Shown here: in pieces, positions 48,162 through 61,257 of the stretch | Layout of the letters: every line of letters begins with the position of its first letter | How positions within the stretch are numbered: position 1 is the first letter of the stretch | Assembly: GCF_006345805.1 (NCBI RefSeq) | Contig: NC_042997.1 | Coordinates: forward strand, 197,966,001-198,030,000 | DNA from: Octopus sinensis | Lineage: Eukaryota | Direction of reading: 5' to 3' | Length of the DNA: 64,000 nt | Translations under genes and position numbers: made by a program | Notes under the pieces: model-generated | Databases searched by the model: none | What the model saw: the letters and a program-made list of their open reading frames with translations, nothing else | Told to the model about the DNA's origin: nothing

Positions 48162-48371
48162 CACTAGCTGTAAAAGTTTGTCTCAGCGAAACATCTCAAA
48201 GAAATCTGTGTGAAAACGCAGAATTGTAGCTCGGGTTACCGGTCACAGAAACCTCGTATTTTTTTTTATATACGCATAACTAACGTAATCAGAGCGTAGT
48301 AGTAACTTACATCTCTTTCCTTACATAGTTCATGTTTGAAGCCTTTGCCGTATTCATTATTCATAAGATAT

Positions 48372-48769
48372 AAGGCGGCGAAATGGCAGATAAGTTAGCA
48401 CGCCGGGCGAAATGCGTAGCCGTATTTTGTCTACCGTTACGTTCTGAGTTCAAATTCCGCCGAGGTCGACTTTGCCTTTCAACCTTTTGGGGTTGATTAA
48501 AATAAGTACCAGTTACGCACCGGGATCGATATAATCGACTTAATCCGTTTGTCTGTCCTTGTTTGTCCCCTCTGTGTTTAGCCCCTTGTGGGTAGTAAAA
48601 AAATAGGTATTTCGTCCGTCTTTACGTTCTGAGTTCAAATTCTGACGAGGTCGACTTTGCCTTTCACCCTTTCGGGGTCGATAAATTAAGTACCTGTTGC
48701 ATACTGGGTCGATCAAATCGACTGGCCCCCTCCCCCCAAATTTCGGGCCTTGCGCCTAGAGGAGAAAAG
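48372..48769 (+). mobile_element. SINE B with duplicated core and TSD attattcata(a/c)gatataa
   Basis: TSD at about 48356 and 48770. Confidence 0.9.
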
Positions 48770-48872
48770 ATTATTCATACGATATAATTTCCAAATTTAT
48801 TAATCACGGGAAACATTTTCTACAATGTATTCACTTCTTGAATATAGATAAAATTTATACACAGTGACATTT

Positions 48873-49280
48873 CTTTTCTTTATTGGCCACAGGGGGCTAA
48901 ACATAGAGGGTACAAATAAGGACAGACAACGGGATTATATCGACCCCAGTGTGTAACTGGTACTTATTTAATCGACCCCAAAAGGATGAAAGGCAAAGTC
49001 GACCTCGGCGGAATTTGAACTCCGATCGTAACAGCAGACGAAATACGTATTTCTTTACTACCCACAAGGGGCTAAACACAGAGAGAACAAACAAGGACAA
49101 GCAAAGGGATTAAGTCGATTACATTGACCCCAGTGCGTAACTGGTACTTAATTTATCGACCCCGAAAAGATGAAAGGCAAACTCGACCTCGGCGGGATTT
49201 GAACTCAGAACGTAACGGCAGACGAAATACGGCTACGCATTTCGCCCGGCGTGCTAACGTTTATGCCAGCCCGCTGCCTT
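48873..49280 (-). mobile_element. SINE B, inverted relative to 48372-48769
   Basis: Imperfect 15-bp TSD tacacag..acattt at 48858-48872 and 49281-49295. Confidence 0.9.
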
Positions 49281-49343
49281 TACACAGCAACATTTGGGTT
49301 AGAGAATGTAACAACTGTATATTCAAAACTATAGTTTTCAATG

Positions 49344-49409
<66 letters not shown>

Positions 49410-50689
49410 AGGGTTGCATCGGTGCTGACCTTATACCATCTTCAATATTAGTCGTTTACTGTCATACATTTAATATATCTCATAGTTCTCTTATTAACTT
49501 CTCAAAAATTTTGTTATATTTATAACAACCATGGAACCGTTATGGGATGAGGCTGGGAAAACCTAAACTATAAATATATTAATTCTGTCTTGAATTCCCG
49601 GCATTTTGCCATCTAATGAAATATAGCAATTACACAAACTTTTCGGACTTCTAAATACGAAATTTCCGCCTAATGGTCGACATAAATTACATGAATTGTT
49701 TTGGAATAAAACAGTTCAATTTAGTATTCTGGAAATGCGTTGTTTTGTCTCAGTGTCTGAATATTTCAATTAATAATGTCACTTTTATAAACTCCACATA
49801 TATAATTCAGTAATTTTCTTCACCTCTTAACATCATCAGTTCGAACGAATGTTTCTGTAGAAGCTAAACGAACTGTTCATTATGTGTGTATAATTATGTG
49901 TTAATTAATTTGCAGCACACTAACAAATAACTTACAAATCTGTGAAATGTAAGACACATTTCATGCCAGCTAGACTGAATTCAATTATTACCTTCCCAGC
50001 AAAATCTATTTTTATACCCCATTAACTGATGTTGTTTTAACCTTGTATATTAACAAGTTAATTAAGTCATTATTGCAATGAAATTAAATCTCTGATAAAA
50101 CGTTATACTGGTGTTTTATGGTATTGTATTAATTTCAGCAAAGTTGTATCTTAAATATGAATGCGATTTACAAAGAAATTCAAGATTTCAAAGAATATAT
50201 TAACTGTATTTGCTTGGAAGTCTAATAAAACTCTGAATTAATGCGCTTGTGTAGATTGTCTGGTATTTAAGTGAAGAACATATATTCGTTCTTTCTTTCT
50301 TTCTTTCTTTTTCTTTACTTCACACTCTGTCGTCATATATCTGAAAGGAGGTAAAATTTATTCAAACTTCAAAAACGATAAACAAATGATGTAGAGGAAG
50401 AATAGAACTACAAAAACAGCAATAAAAACTATCAAAAAATATTTTTCGTATTAATTCAAATACTATTGGAAAGGATTAAAATAAATGAGACAAAATAACA
50501 AACAAACAAAAAGCAAGCCAAACAACAAAGAACGAGCACATTTATCTGATAACCCAATACATATGTTGTTCGGAATAAGATTCTCACGCTTCCTATAAAC
50601 TTGTGATCTATAACAACGTAAATGATAATTTTGGAGAGAGAATTCGGGAATTCTAACCCATATGAAATGATTTCTTCTCTCTGTTATCT

Positions 50690-50860
50690 CTTGTTTGTAT
50701 CAGTAACTGAGCTGCGGTCATACTGCAGCACCGCATTGAAGGGTTTAGTCTAGAAAATTCACTCCAATACTCATTTTTGAAAAGCCTGATACTTGTTTCG
50801 GTTTCTTTTGCCGAACCGCTATGTTAAGGATATGTAAACAAACCTGGTTATCAAGTGTTG
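50690..50860 (-). mobile_element. SINE A 3' part, diverged
   Basis: gctgcggtcatactgcagcaccgc..ttttgccgaaccgct. Confidence 0.7.
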
Positions 50861-50893
50861 GGCACTCATAAACTATACAGGCACACATGCACA

Positions 50894-50927
<34 letters not shown>

Positions 50928-50936
<9 letters not shown>

Positions 50937-51122
50937 GAGAAACCACTATGTGGACACCCTTATGCTAGAAATAGATCCGCTATGGTCTTACCACTAAGAA
51001 ATGTTCTCAAGAAAAATTTAGTAGCTTTGCTAAATTATTCTTGAGAACATTTCTTAGTGGTAAGACCATAGCGGATCTAGTTCTACCATAAGGGTGTCCA
51101 CATAGTGGTTTCTCTCTAATAT
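50928..51122. mobile_element. Palindrome with about 93-bp arms and an 8-nt loop
   Basis: Arms 50928-51021 and 51030-51122; homologous to about 9105-9200. Confidence 0.9.
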
Positions 51123-51234
51123 GTATATAATACAATTTTACTGGACCTTCAGTTTTTTTATATGCTAGACCACTGGTGTGAAATCGATGTTAATTAAATT
51201 AATATCTAATTTCTCACCCTCATTTTAAATTTAA

Positions 51235-51280
<46 letters not shown>

Positions 51281-51324
51281 GTGTGTGTGTGTGTGTGTGT
51301 ACATATATACATATACGATGTACC

Positions 51325-51465
51325 TCCACACAGTTTCCGTCTACCAAATTCATTCACAAGGCACTGACCAGCCCGCAGCTATAGTAGACACTTCCCAAGA
51401 TGCTCCGCAGTGCGACTGAACACGAGCCATTAGTTTCAAAGCGATCTTCTTAACCATGTAGGTAT
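51325..51465 (-). mobile_element. SINE A head, diverged
   Basis: cagtttccgtctaccaaattcattcacaagg. Confidence 0.7.
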
Positions 51466-53984
51466 ACCTTCGCCAATTTTTTTTTGTTCTTTTGGTCGTA
51501 TAAAAAAAATCTGACGCCATGATGTTAGCAACAACAGTCGTAATTAGAAACCAGATATTGTCGAAGTGTCTGATACTACCTGTCACCCCCTTGTTATCGC
51601 TTTCCTCTATTTTTTAAGAAGAAGGGTAACAAGTGCCTTTAATACCATGCGTGTAGTAAGTGGGAATTTCCTTTTAAACTATCTGTATGAATTACATCCT
51701 CTCTATTCCAACAAGCAAAAGCAACTAAGGAATAGCCAGATGGTCTTTGAGAAGGGGTCATTAGAATTTTAATATGGACTCCTTCCTACGCTCATCATCT
51801 GCTCGTAGAAACACAGCTGGAAGTCAAACGGCAACATTTGTTCTGACGTCCCTAACACTGGCAGGTTTCGTAGATCTAGCATTTTACCTAGCACATGCTT
51901 TTCCATATAGCTTGTCCCTGTCGGACAGGGCAACAGTAAGCCCCTTTTGAAGGTATTAAGGCGCACTTCTGGAAATGGCAACAGAGATAAAAAATAAGTT
52001 TCCTCTTTGTATCCAGGAAGGATGATTTGTCTTTCTAGAGATATCCCTGTCATAGTTGTTTTTCTTTTTTTAAAGAGTTCGCTCATCGAGGAACTTTAAT
52101 TGTCCTCAACGTTATCAAACGATGAAATGTTTTTGCTGGTGTTATCATTGCTGCTCCTCGCGTTTATATAGTTAGTCTTCGTTTACAACTTATAAATGTT
52201 TTTGCAATTTACATTGTAAAGCTGAATGTTTATGTTTCAAACAATGTTTGTGTAATTTTCACAATATCTGCTTTATTCGTTAGCGTCTGTTTTTTTCTTG
52301 TTGGCTCATGTTATCGAAACCTCTGCTACCACCGCTGTGGTAAATACAACTTCCTGCTACGTACGAGAGCACCATCTTGCAAGCGGAGTAAATATTGCAA
52401 ATGGCTGATGGTAGAAATATGCTTAGTTAAATGCAACAACGTCAAGAAAAAACGTTTTACTACCCTAGGGAACTGGGATGGATTTTTAAAATTAATCCGA
52501 AAACATTTGTCAACATCTCAGAATGAGAAACGGGAAATCATAAAAAGAAATCTTCCAATTTTTTCATCAATTAAGCATGATGAATTCCGTTTAAGCCGGG
52601 AGCTCTGAGAAACATGAACTTTCATGGTAAACACTGCCAACAGCAAAAACATTAATGATAATATCGATAATGAAGATGAAGACAATTATAGTTATCATTC
52701 TTAATTCTGTGAATCGGTGTAGTTCAGAACGTACTATAAAAAACACTAGAATATTTTCTGTTATACACTTACAATAATGAATCTTCCATCTTGAAGAGAA
52801 AGTAAAACGGCAAAAAATATAATTGAAATAAAATACGAAACTTCTAAAGGAATCGTTTCGACTAAGTTGTTCAGCGATTAATTAATCAGTTTGAATCCAA
52901 AGTAAACATTTGCTATTTAAGTGATGGAACTATCAGATGTATCTTTGACAGATTAATGGAATACTTCAATTTTCTAACAGAAAAATCTTGAAAGAATACG
53001 TTTAAAAATAAATTATTGTTAACACAAAATGATCAGTGACTTCAGACATGACAGATTGTCTATGAAAGTGAAATATCATCTGTCAAGTCGACTTGAATCT
53101 CCTTGGATCTCGTTTCAATTAGAAATATACTACAACTTAAAAAAGAGAACATAATGAACTACGCAGCATCATCAAACACACATGTTTTCTGGTTAAATTC
53201 ATGTTCTTCTCCATGTTCTGTGGATAATTTTAATTTCCTAAGGTTAAATATATTCTAAATAGCTATCTGAAAAATAATTTCCTGCATACAGTTTTAAAAG
53301 TTAGCAATATCGGAACACGGCTGGCATTAACAAACAATTTCACTTCTCAATCAATCTGAGCAATTCAGCATCACCTCAAAGATGCGTATTTATCTACAAA
53401 TATTCATTACTTCCTTTCACTATCGATAGACATATTTTTCCGATTATACGAATGGCAATATACATATATGAAAGTGAGCTCACAAAATGGTAATAAATAT
53501 GGCATTAAGTTTGTGAAGCCTATTCAACAAAATGCATACTTATATCAGAAAAATACACAAAAACACATCTGTGGGTCATTGAATACCTTCCTCAAGGGCT
53601 AAGTATCAATAAATCCTCAACATGCTGACGAATGGTTGAATATGATTACTGTCTGGTAGGTATATATAAGGCGCACTCATCTGCGTGACGAGGAAATTCG
53701 AAAAAATATTAACACTCGGCTGAGCACAAGAATATATGTAGAAAAAATTGAGAAGCTCGTAGTTAGTTTAACAAAGATATCTCTTTATGCAAGATGAACA
53801 AGGGAAATAGAATCTGTCATCTTACGTTAACACGTATTGCATAATATCTTTTATCGGTAGGATTGCCAAACATCACGAAATCAACAGATGTATTCAATGC
53901 TAAAAAATGTGTTTCAGTAGAATATTAGTACTATTCACCAAATCTAAGCACTTGGGAGTAATAGAAAACTATCAGTCTCAATAC

Positions 53985-54630
<646 letters not shown>

Positions 54631-55189
54631 TTTTTGAAGTGATGTACAGATATTGTATATTTAGAATAACAAGGAATTCAGAATGTTGGTTGATTTTATA
54701 TATTCTTTTATTTATTTACATTTTAATTATATTTTAGAACGCTTTCTTCTGGTCTTGGATTTATCAAGAAATGGTTGAAATTTTGATTTCTTGGCTTTTT
54801 TATAAAGAATATTCTGGGGTTTGCTAGACAGGGGAGAAGAAAGAAGAAAAACCATTTTATGCAAAGTAGGGGGAAGAAAAAATGGGGGCTTTTGTATGGT
54901 CAGGTCAGACTTGTTTGTTTAGTACATAGTGGTCTTTTAAGGAAGGGGACGAAAAAGAAAGGAAAAGTAAAAGAATTTTTGTATCTGAATTGATCAAGGT
55001 TTTAAGGGAAAAACCAGATATGGTTTTTGACTGCAGTCAGTAAAAATTATAATTGCATTTCTAAGACATGCTCTTGTATGTTCATTAAAAAAATAGTTGA
55101 ATGGATGTGGTCAACCTTTTTTTATTGAAATTCGAGATGTCTTCGAAAGAGTGATTACTGAGTTCACTATACGCCCACACAACACATAT

Positions 55190-55222
<33 letters not shown>

Positions 55223-57048
55223 GTATATACATACACACACACACACATATATATACACATGCATACATACACACATACATATACACACACATGCATAAAC
55301 ATACACACATACACACAGGCATATATATATGTATATACATACATACACCACACATACATTAGAACACATGATTTTGTTTTAAATAATCAATTCATATAAT
55401 TGAAGATTCATTCTGTGGTTAGATAAATTTGGGAAGTATTGGTCATTTTAGCCACTACTCTTTATTTTTGTCCGAGTATTTGTCCTTCAGACTGCAAAAA
55501 AGAATTTTAAATAAAAGGCAATACGTAATGCTGTCACAGTTATATTTCCAAACTCATCTATTTCTGGTTGGCTGTCTTGTTTTGAATACATTTTAAAGCT
55601 CCAACCTTGAATTTCCTGAATCAGAAAGACTGCCAGGTACAGAAGAGGGAAAGCAGTTGTTCTTATAAAATTTAGGAATCTGGAGTGTTTTGCAAGGTCC
55701 AAGAACGTGGTAAAAATGTTTTAGCAATAGTCTGAGATCGTCTTTAACATAAATACAGTAAAATTCATATAGATTTCTCAAAGCTGGAATTTCAAAGAAA
55801 TATATAGTTATGTTAATTTTTGTCGAGGACTTTTTGTGAAGTATAGTACCGTTATCTTTCGAAACTTTGAATTTTCCTTCACATATTTCCAAATGTTTCC
55901 TTTTTTCAAGCGCTTAATTTTGGTGCGAACTTCTTTATGAAGTGTAGTTCCATTGTTTTTCGGTAGTTTGGGTCGTTCCTTGAGCATTTGTAAAAGTGGA
56001 AGACTTTGAGTTTTCCTTCTCCACATATTTCCAAATGTTTGCTCAGTGGGATTTTCCGTAGCTCCTCCTGTCGAGATAGTAGTGCAACAAAACACTGACT
56101 GTAGATGAAAAATGAAAAGCTAATGCAAGAAACCGAATTACTAATTATAACCGTCCAGAATGAATTTGATAACCAGGATGTGAAATCAAGAAAGTGAAAA
56201 CTTTAGATAATATTTACAGTGCCAGTAATCTTATCAACTCATATTGTACAAAATTAGTCACTGTGCTAACAACCGCTTGCTAGTCCTCGTCTCTCTGGAT
56301 GACTAGCTCGAATCAGACATCTTGCACAGTCCACCATAATGCAAACCCACAGTATTCTCAAAGAGAATCCGAAATTCTTTACAGGTTTCCAAGTCTTTAT
56401 GTATTACAAATAGCAATTGATACTTGTAAGATTTATTGTTCTCCACTTCTTGTCATTCATGTATCACGAATGTTCATAGTGGTCATCGATCTGACGTTAG
56501 ACCTATGTTGTTGTAAAGGCACGTAGGTCTGTACAGACCAATAATCGAATGCTGTCGATGAAAAGCCAGTGGCCTGAATACATCTGTAGATGTATTCTAT
56601 AGTACACAACATCATTGAAACAAAACCCTATTAACGGGAATATGGCAAAAAATGCGTTATGTATACAAATCGGTCTGTTCGATTTATTGAAGCAATAATC
56701 ATAGTGGATTCATGTGCAGTGTTTTTGAGGCTAGTAAACAAGAGTATGAGATTGCTGATAAAAATTAGCTAAATAGATTCAAACTAGTCATTCTCTCGTT
56801 TCTTCCCTACGAAGATACACGGTGCTAGCATCTCTTTATTACTTAAAATTAATACAGCGTCCTTCAAGCCAGATTTTATGGCGGTTTCAATGGAGTTCAG
56901 GAAATTTAGAGTGTGTTGCTTAGTTAACACTTAGCTAACACAGTTATTTCGTTTACAAAGATGGAAAAAAAAAATCTGCACTCTCCGATTCGAGCCGTAG
57001 GAATACTTAACAAGGATATTGGTGTGCAATTTGGGATAAGTAAGCAGT

Positions 57049-57420
57049 TTTAGTTAGTTAGTTAGTTAGTTAATTTGGCTCAAAAGCAAATAGCAAGGCC
57101 ATGTAGGGGGACATGGAGTTAAGTACAGGGTGGTGTTCATTTAAAGAGTTCAGGTCACTTGAGGTCAAGGGAGGCTTTGAACAAAGCGGTCGTCGGCATC
57201 TTCACCATCTCGTCTGGCAGCTTGTTCAACGGATCCGCAACCCGGACGGAGAAAGCTCCTCTCCTTCGATTGAGATGAAATCGTCGCCGGTAGAGCTTTT
57301 CGGAATGGCCCCGCAGCCGACGCTCTGGAGCAGGAGTGAAGAACAGCTCTTTCGAGAGGTTACACTTTCCGCTTATGATGTTGTGGGCGAGAATGAGATC
57401 ACCACGGCGGCGGCGTTTTT
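57049..57420 (-). mobile_element. CR1-clade LINE 3' end with (AACT)n tail
   Basis: RRRRGDLILAHNI..RLRGHSEKL..AFSVRVADPLNKLP..FKASLD on the minus strand. Confidence 0.85.
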
Positions 57421-58074
57421 CTAGAGAATAAAGTTTTAATTATGATGAGGTCCCAAAATATTTAACAACATAGTTAACACAGTTATTTTGAGCTGAGTGA
57501 ACCGAAGCAACGTGAAATGAAGTGATATGAAACTGTCACTCAAACTGCGAAGTCCCTCACTATCACCTCTATTACATCGATGTTGTTAAAAGTCCACAGT
57601 GCAGATATTCTGCTGGAATAGAGGAAAGTCTAGAGGAAAGGCAATTAGTGAGATTGGCAATTGGTAAATTCACTATACAATTACATTTTAAGCAAACTGA
57701 CGTGTTTCACTTATATGTACAACCGTTTCAAATAAAATAATATTAGATTATTAATATTTATCTTTGTAAATTATTAATACTATATTTTTTTCTTGTTTCT
57801 CCGACAATGGAATACAAAACATTGGCAAAATATTTGCATCTGCGTTATCAATAATAAACGATTACTGACATTTAAAGGAGAGAAAAGTGAAAATAAAATA
57901 ATAAAATAACGAAACACTTCTCTCGCTTATTGCTGTAATTGCAGGTATTTATTATTTCTCTATTTCCGCAATAGCCACAAATTGGAGACATTACAAGGAC
58001 GAATTATAATTCGAAATATATATTTTTACATCAATTTTGGAGAACAGGCAGTAATGAATGAACAACATAGAATA

Positions 58075-58232
58075 ATACTCTTTACTTGTTTCAATCATTT
58101 AACTGTGGCCATGCTGGAGCACCGCCTTTTACTCGAGCAAATCGGCCCCAGGACTTATTCTTTGTAAGCCTCGTACTTATTCTATCAGTCCCTTTTGCCG
58201 AACCGCTAGTTTACGGGGACGTAAACACACAA
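58075..58232 (-). mobile_element. SINE A 3' half
   Basis: Homology to the A tail. Confidence 0.85.
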
Positions 58233-58448
58233 GCAGTAGGGAGAAAATACCAGAAACCCCGGCTTAGTCTGTTTATCAAAGGAGAAAACATCTTTTCTGC
58301 TGTAATTGCGAGTTCAGAGTCAAATGTTGAGAAAAGGCTCATTCAACGGAGACAGACGCGGCATTCGCGCTCATCTTTCAGCAAATTTACTCGCGAGCAA
58401 CACAGCCAGCTCTGTCCTTACCACACTGCGTTAATGGAATCCGTTACT

Positions 58449-58618
58449 GTGAGTGGCTGTGTGGTAAGTAGCTTGCTTACCAACCACATGGTTCCGGGTC
58501 CAATCTCACTGCGTGGCACCTTGGGTAAGTGTCTTCTACTATAGCCTGCAGCCAACCAAAGCCTTGTGAGTGGATTTGGTAGACGGAAACTGAAAGAAGC
58601 CCGGCGTATATATGTATG

Positions 58619-58649
<31 letters not shown>

Positions 58650-58855
58650 CTGTGTTCGTCCCCTCACCTACATCACTTGACAACCGATGCTGGTGTGTTT
58701 ACGTCCCCGTAACTTAGCGATTCGGCAAAAGAGACCGATAGAATAAGTACTAGGCTTACAAAAAATAAGTCCCGGGGTCGATTTGCTCGACTAAAGGCGA
58801 TGCTCCAGCATGACCACAGTCAAATGACTGAAACAAATAAAAGAGTAAAATAAAG
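58449..58855 (+). mobile_element. SINE A
   Basis: Near full-length homolog. Confidence 0.9.
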
Positions 58856-59662
58856 TATGTATGTATAATGTAGTATGTATGTATGTATGTATGTATGTTA
58901 TGTATGTATGTATGTATGTATGTAGTATGTAAGTATGTATGTATGTATGTATGTATGTATGTATGTATGTATGTATGTATGTATGTATGGTATGTATGTA
59001 TGTATGTATGTATATATGTAGTATGTATGTATGTATTATGTATGTATGTTGTATGTATGTATGTTGTATGTATGTAAGTATGTATGTATGTATGTATGTA
59101 TGGTATGTATGTAGTATGTATGTATGTATTGTATATATGTAAGTATGTATGTATGTATGTATGTATGTATATATGTATATGTAAGTATGTATGTATGTAT
59201 GTATGTATATGTAAGTATGTAATGTATGTATGTATGTATGTATGTATGTATGTCTGTATGTATGTATGTATGTATGTGATGTATGTATGTATGTAGTATG
59301 TATGTATGTATGGTATGTATGTATGTAATGTATGTATATATATGTATGTTGTATGTAAGTATGTATTGTATGTATGTATGTATATATGTAAGTATGTATG
59401 TATGTAGTATGTATGTATATATGTAAGTATGTATGTATGTATGTATGTATGTATGTATGTATGTATGTATGTATGTATGTATGTATATGTATGTATGTAT
59501 GTAGTATGTATGTATGTATTAGTATGTATGTATGTAAGTATGTAAGTATATATGTAAGTATGTATGTATGTATGTATGTATGTATGTATGTATGTATGTA
59601 TGTATATATGTAAGTATGTATGTATGTATGTATGTATGTATATATGTAAGTATGTATGTATG

Positions 59663-59693
<31 letters not shown>

Positions 59694-59714
59694 GTATGTA
59701 TGTATGTATGTAAG

Positions 59715-59745
<31 letters not shown>

Positions 59746-59790
59746 GTATGTATGTATGTATGTATGTATGTATATATGTATGTATGTATG
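58856..59790. repeat. About 930-bp degenerate (TATG)n tract
   Basis: Direct inspection. Confidence 0.95.
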
Positions 59791-59874
59791 CAGACACAAC
59801 CTTGTTCAGTTTATTTTTTGTTTTGTTCACGCATGCACGTGTGTGTGTGTGTATGTGTGTGTGTGTATGTGTGT

Positions 59875-59913
<39 letters not shown>

Positions 59914-60146
59914 GTGTGTACTGGACGGCTGTAAAAAGAGATTTCATATCGTGTGTGTGAGTGAGTGATTGTCTGTTTTGTTTGATAGCTGAACCGTTCA
60001 AAGGTATTTAGACAACATTTACTGGGTAAATCTTGTGTGTATGTATGCATGAACGGCTGTTTGCATGTGTACATGTAAGCTTATACATATCAACATGCAC
60101 ATATAAATGGGTGCTAGCGTGGATGCAGTTGTATATGTCGGTCTGG

Positions 60147-60533
60147 TGGAGGCGCAATGGCCCAGTGGTTAGGGCAGCGGACTCGCGGTCACAGGATCGC
60201 GGTTTCGATTCCCAGACCGGGCTTTGTGAGTGTTTATTGAGCGAAAACACCTAAAAGCTCCACGAGGCTCCGGCAGGGGATGGTGATGATCCCTGCTGTA
60301 CTCTTTCACCACAACTTTCTCTCACTCTTACTTTCTGTTTCTGTTGTACCTGTATTTCAAAGGGCCGGCCTTGTCACTCTCTGTGTCACGCTGAATACCC
60401 CCGAGAACTACGTTAAGGGTACACGTGTCTGTGGAGTGCTCAGCCACTTACACGTTAATTTCACGAGCAGGCTGTTCCGTTGATCGGATCAACCGGAACC
60501 CTCATCATCGTAACCGACGGAGTGCTTCCATCC
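60147..60533 (+). mobile_element. SINE C, full length
   Basis: Matches 11362-11752; TSD-like atatgtcg(g/a)tct. Confidence 0.9.
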
Positions 60534-60725
60534 ATATGTCGATCTTATTACGTACTGTACATCATATATGTTTTACGTATTTTGAAAGTACCTTTGAGAG
60601 CCTGCAGCGGTTGTCTGCTGATACGCCTTGTTTTTTCTCGATTTGTGAAATCCAAATTTTTAAGAATGGTAATGAGGCAATTAGTCAAACAACCAAGTGC
60701 TCCAATTATTATCGGTAAAAAACGT

Positions 60726-61030
60726 CGCCCTTTTCAAGCCTAACCAGTCTCATGGGCCCGGTTTCCCGGTTTCTGTGGCGTATGTGTTCCCCCACTCCAG
60801 CTGGACGGGACGCCAGTCCATCGCAGCGTTACTCAAGAAACAGGAAGAGAGATTGAGGGAAAGTTGGGGCAAAAGAGTACAACAGGGGTCATCACCACCC
60901 CTTGCCGGAGCCTCGAGGAGCTTTTCGGTGTTTTCGCTCAATAATCACACAACGCCCGGTCTGGGAATCGAAACCGTGATCCTCCGACCGCGAGTCCGCT
61001 GCCCTAACCACTGGGCCATTGCGCCTCCAC
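60726..61030 (-). mobile_element. SINE C variant with a different 3' half (CTGCGATGGACTGGCGTCCCGTCCAG, V-domain-like)
   Basis: Head shared with family C; diverges after ctttctctc-like tract. Confidence 0.8.
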
Positions 61031-61073
61031 GATTAATACTAACATAGATAAAGAACGCAGAGGGATGACCAAC

Positions 61074-61196
61074 CGAAATAAAGCCTGCAATTGTCGGAAC
61101 TGCAATTTATATGCATTAGGGGGTTCCTGTGTAAGGAAAAACGTGGTATACAAGACTGAGGTCATACCTGCCAATCAACCTAAGAATGTATACATC
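61074..61196 (+). pseudogene. Fragment of a Penelope-like element GIY-YIG endonuclease
   Basis: CNCRNCNLYALGGSCVRKNVVYKTEVIPANQPKNVYI fits the PLE pattern CNC..C.L.G.C...NVVY........YIG. Confidence 0.7.
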
Positions 61197-61257
61197 GAAA
61201 CCGCGATCCTCCGATCGCAAGTCCGCTGCCTTAACCACTGGGCCATTGCGCCTACAC
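61194..61257 (-). mobile_element. SINE C head fragment
   Basis: atcgaaaccgcgatcc..ccactgggccattgcgcc. Confidence 0.85.

Noticed and set aside
49820-49865. Minus-strand GAAA..TT..CTGATGA type II hammerhead-like order
   Set aside because: Only 4 nt are available for helix I, so it cannot fold.
53684-53710. GTGACGA-G-GAAATTC-GAAA motif
   Set aside because: C3 is absent, helix II has a 1-nt loop and there is no helix I or III.
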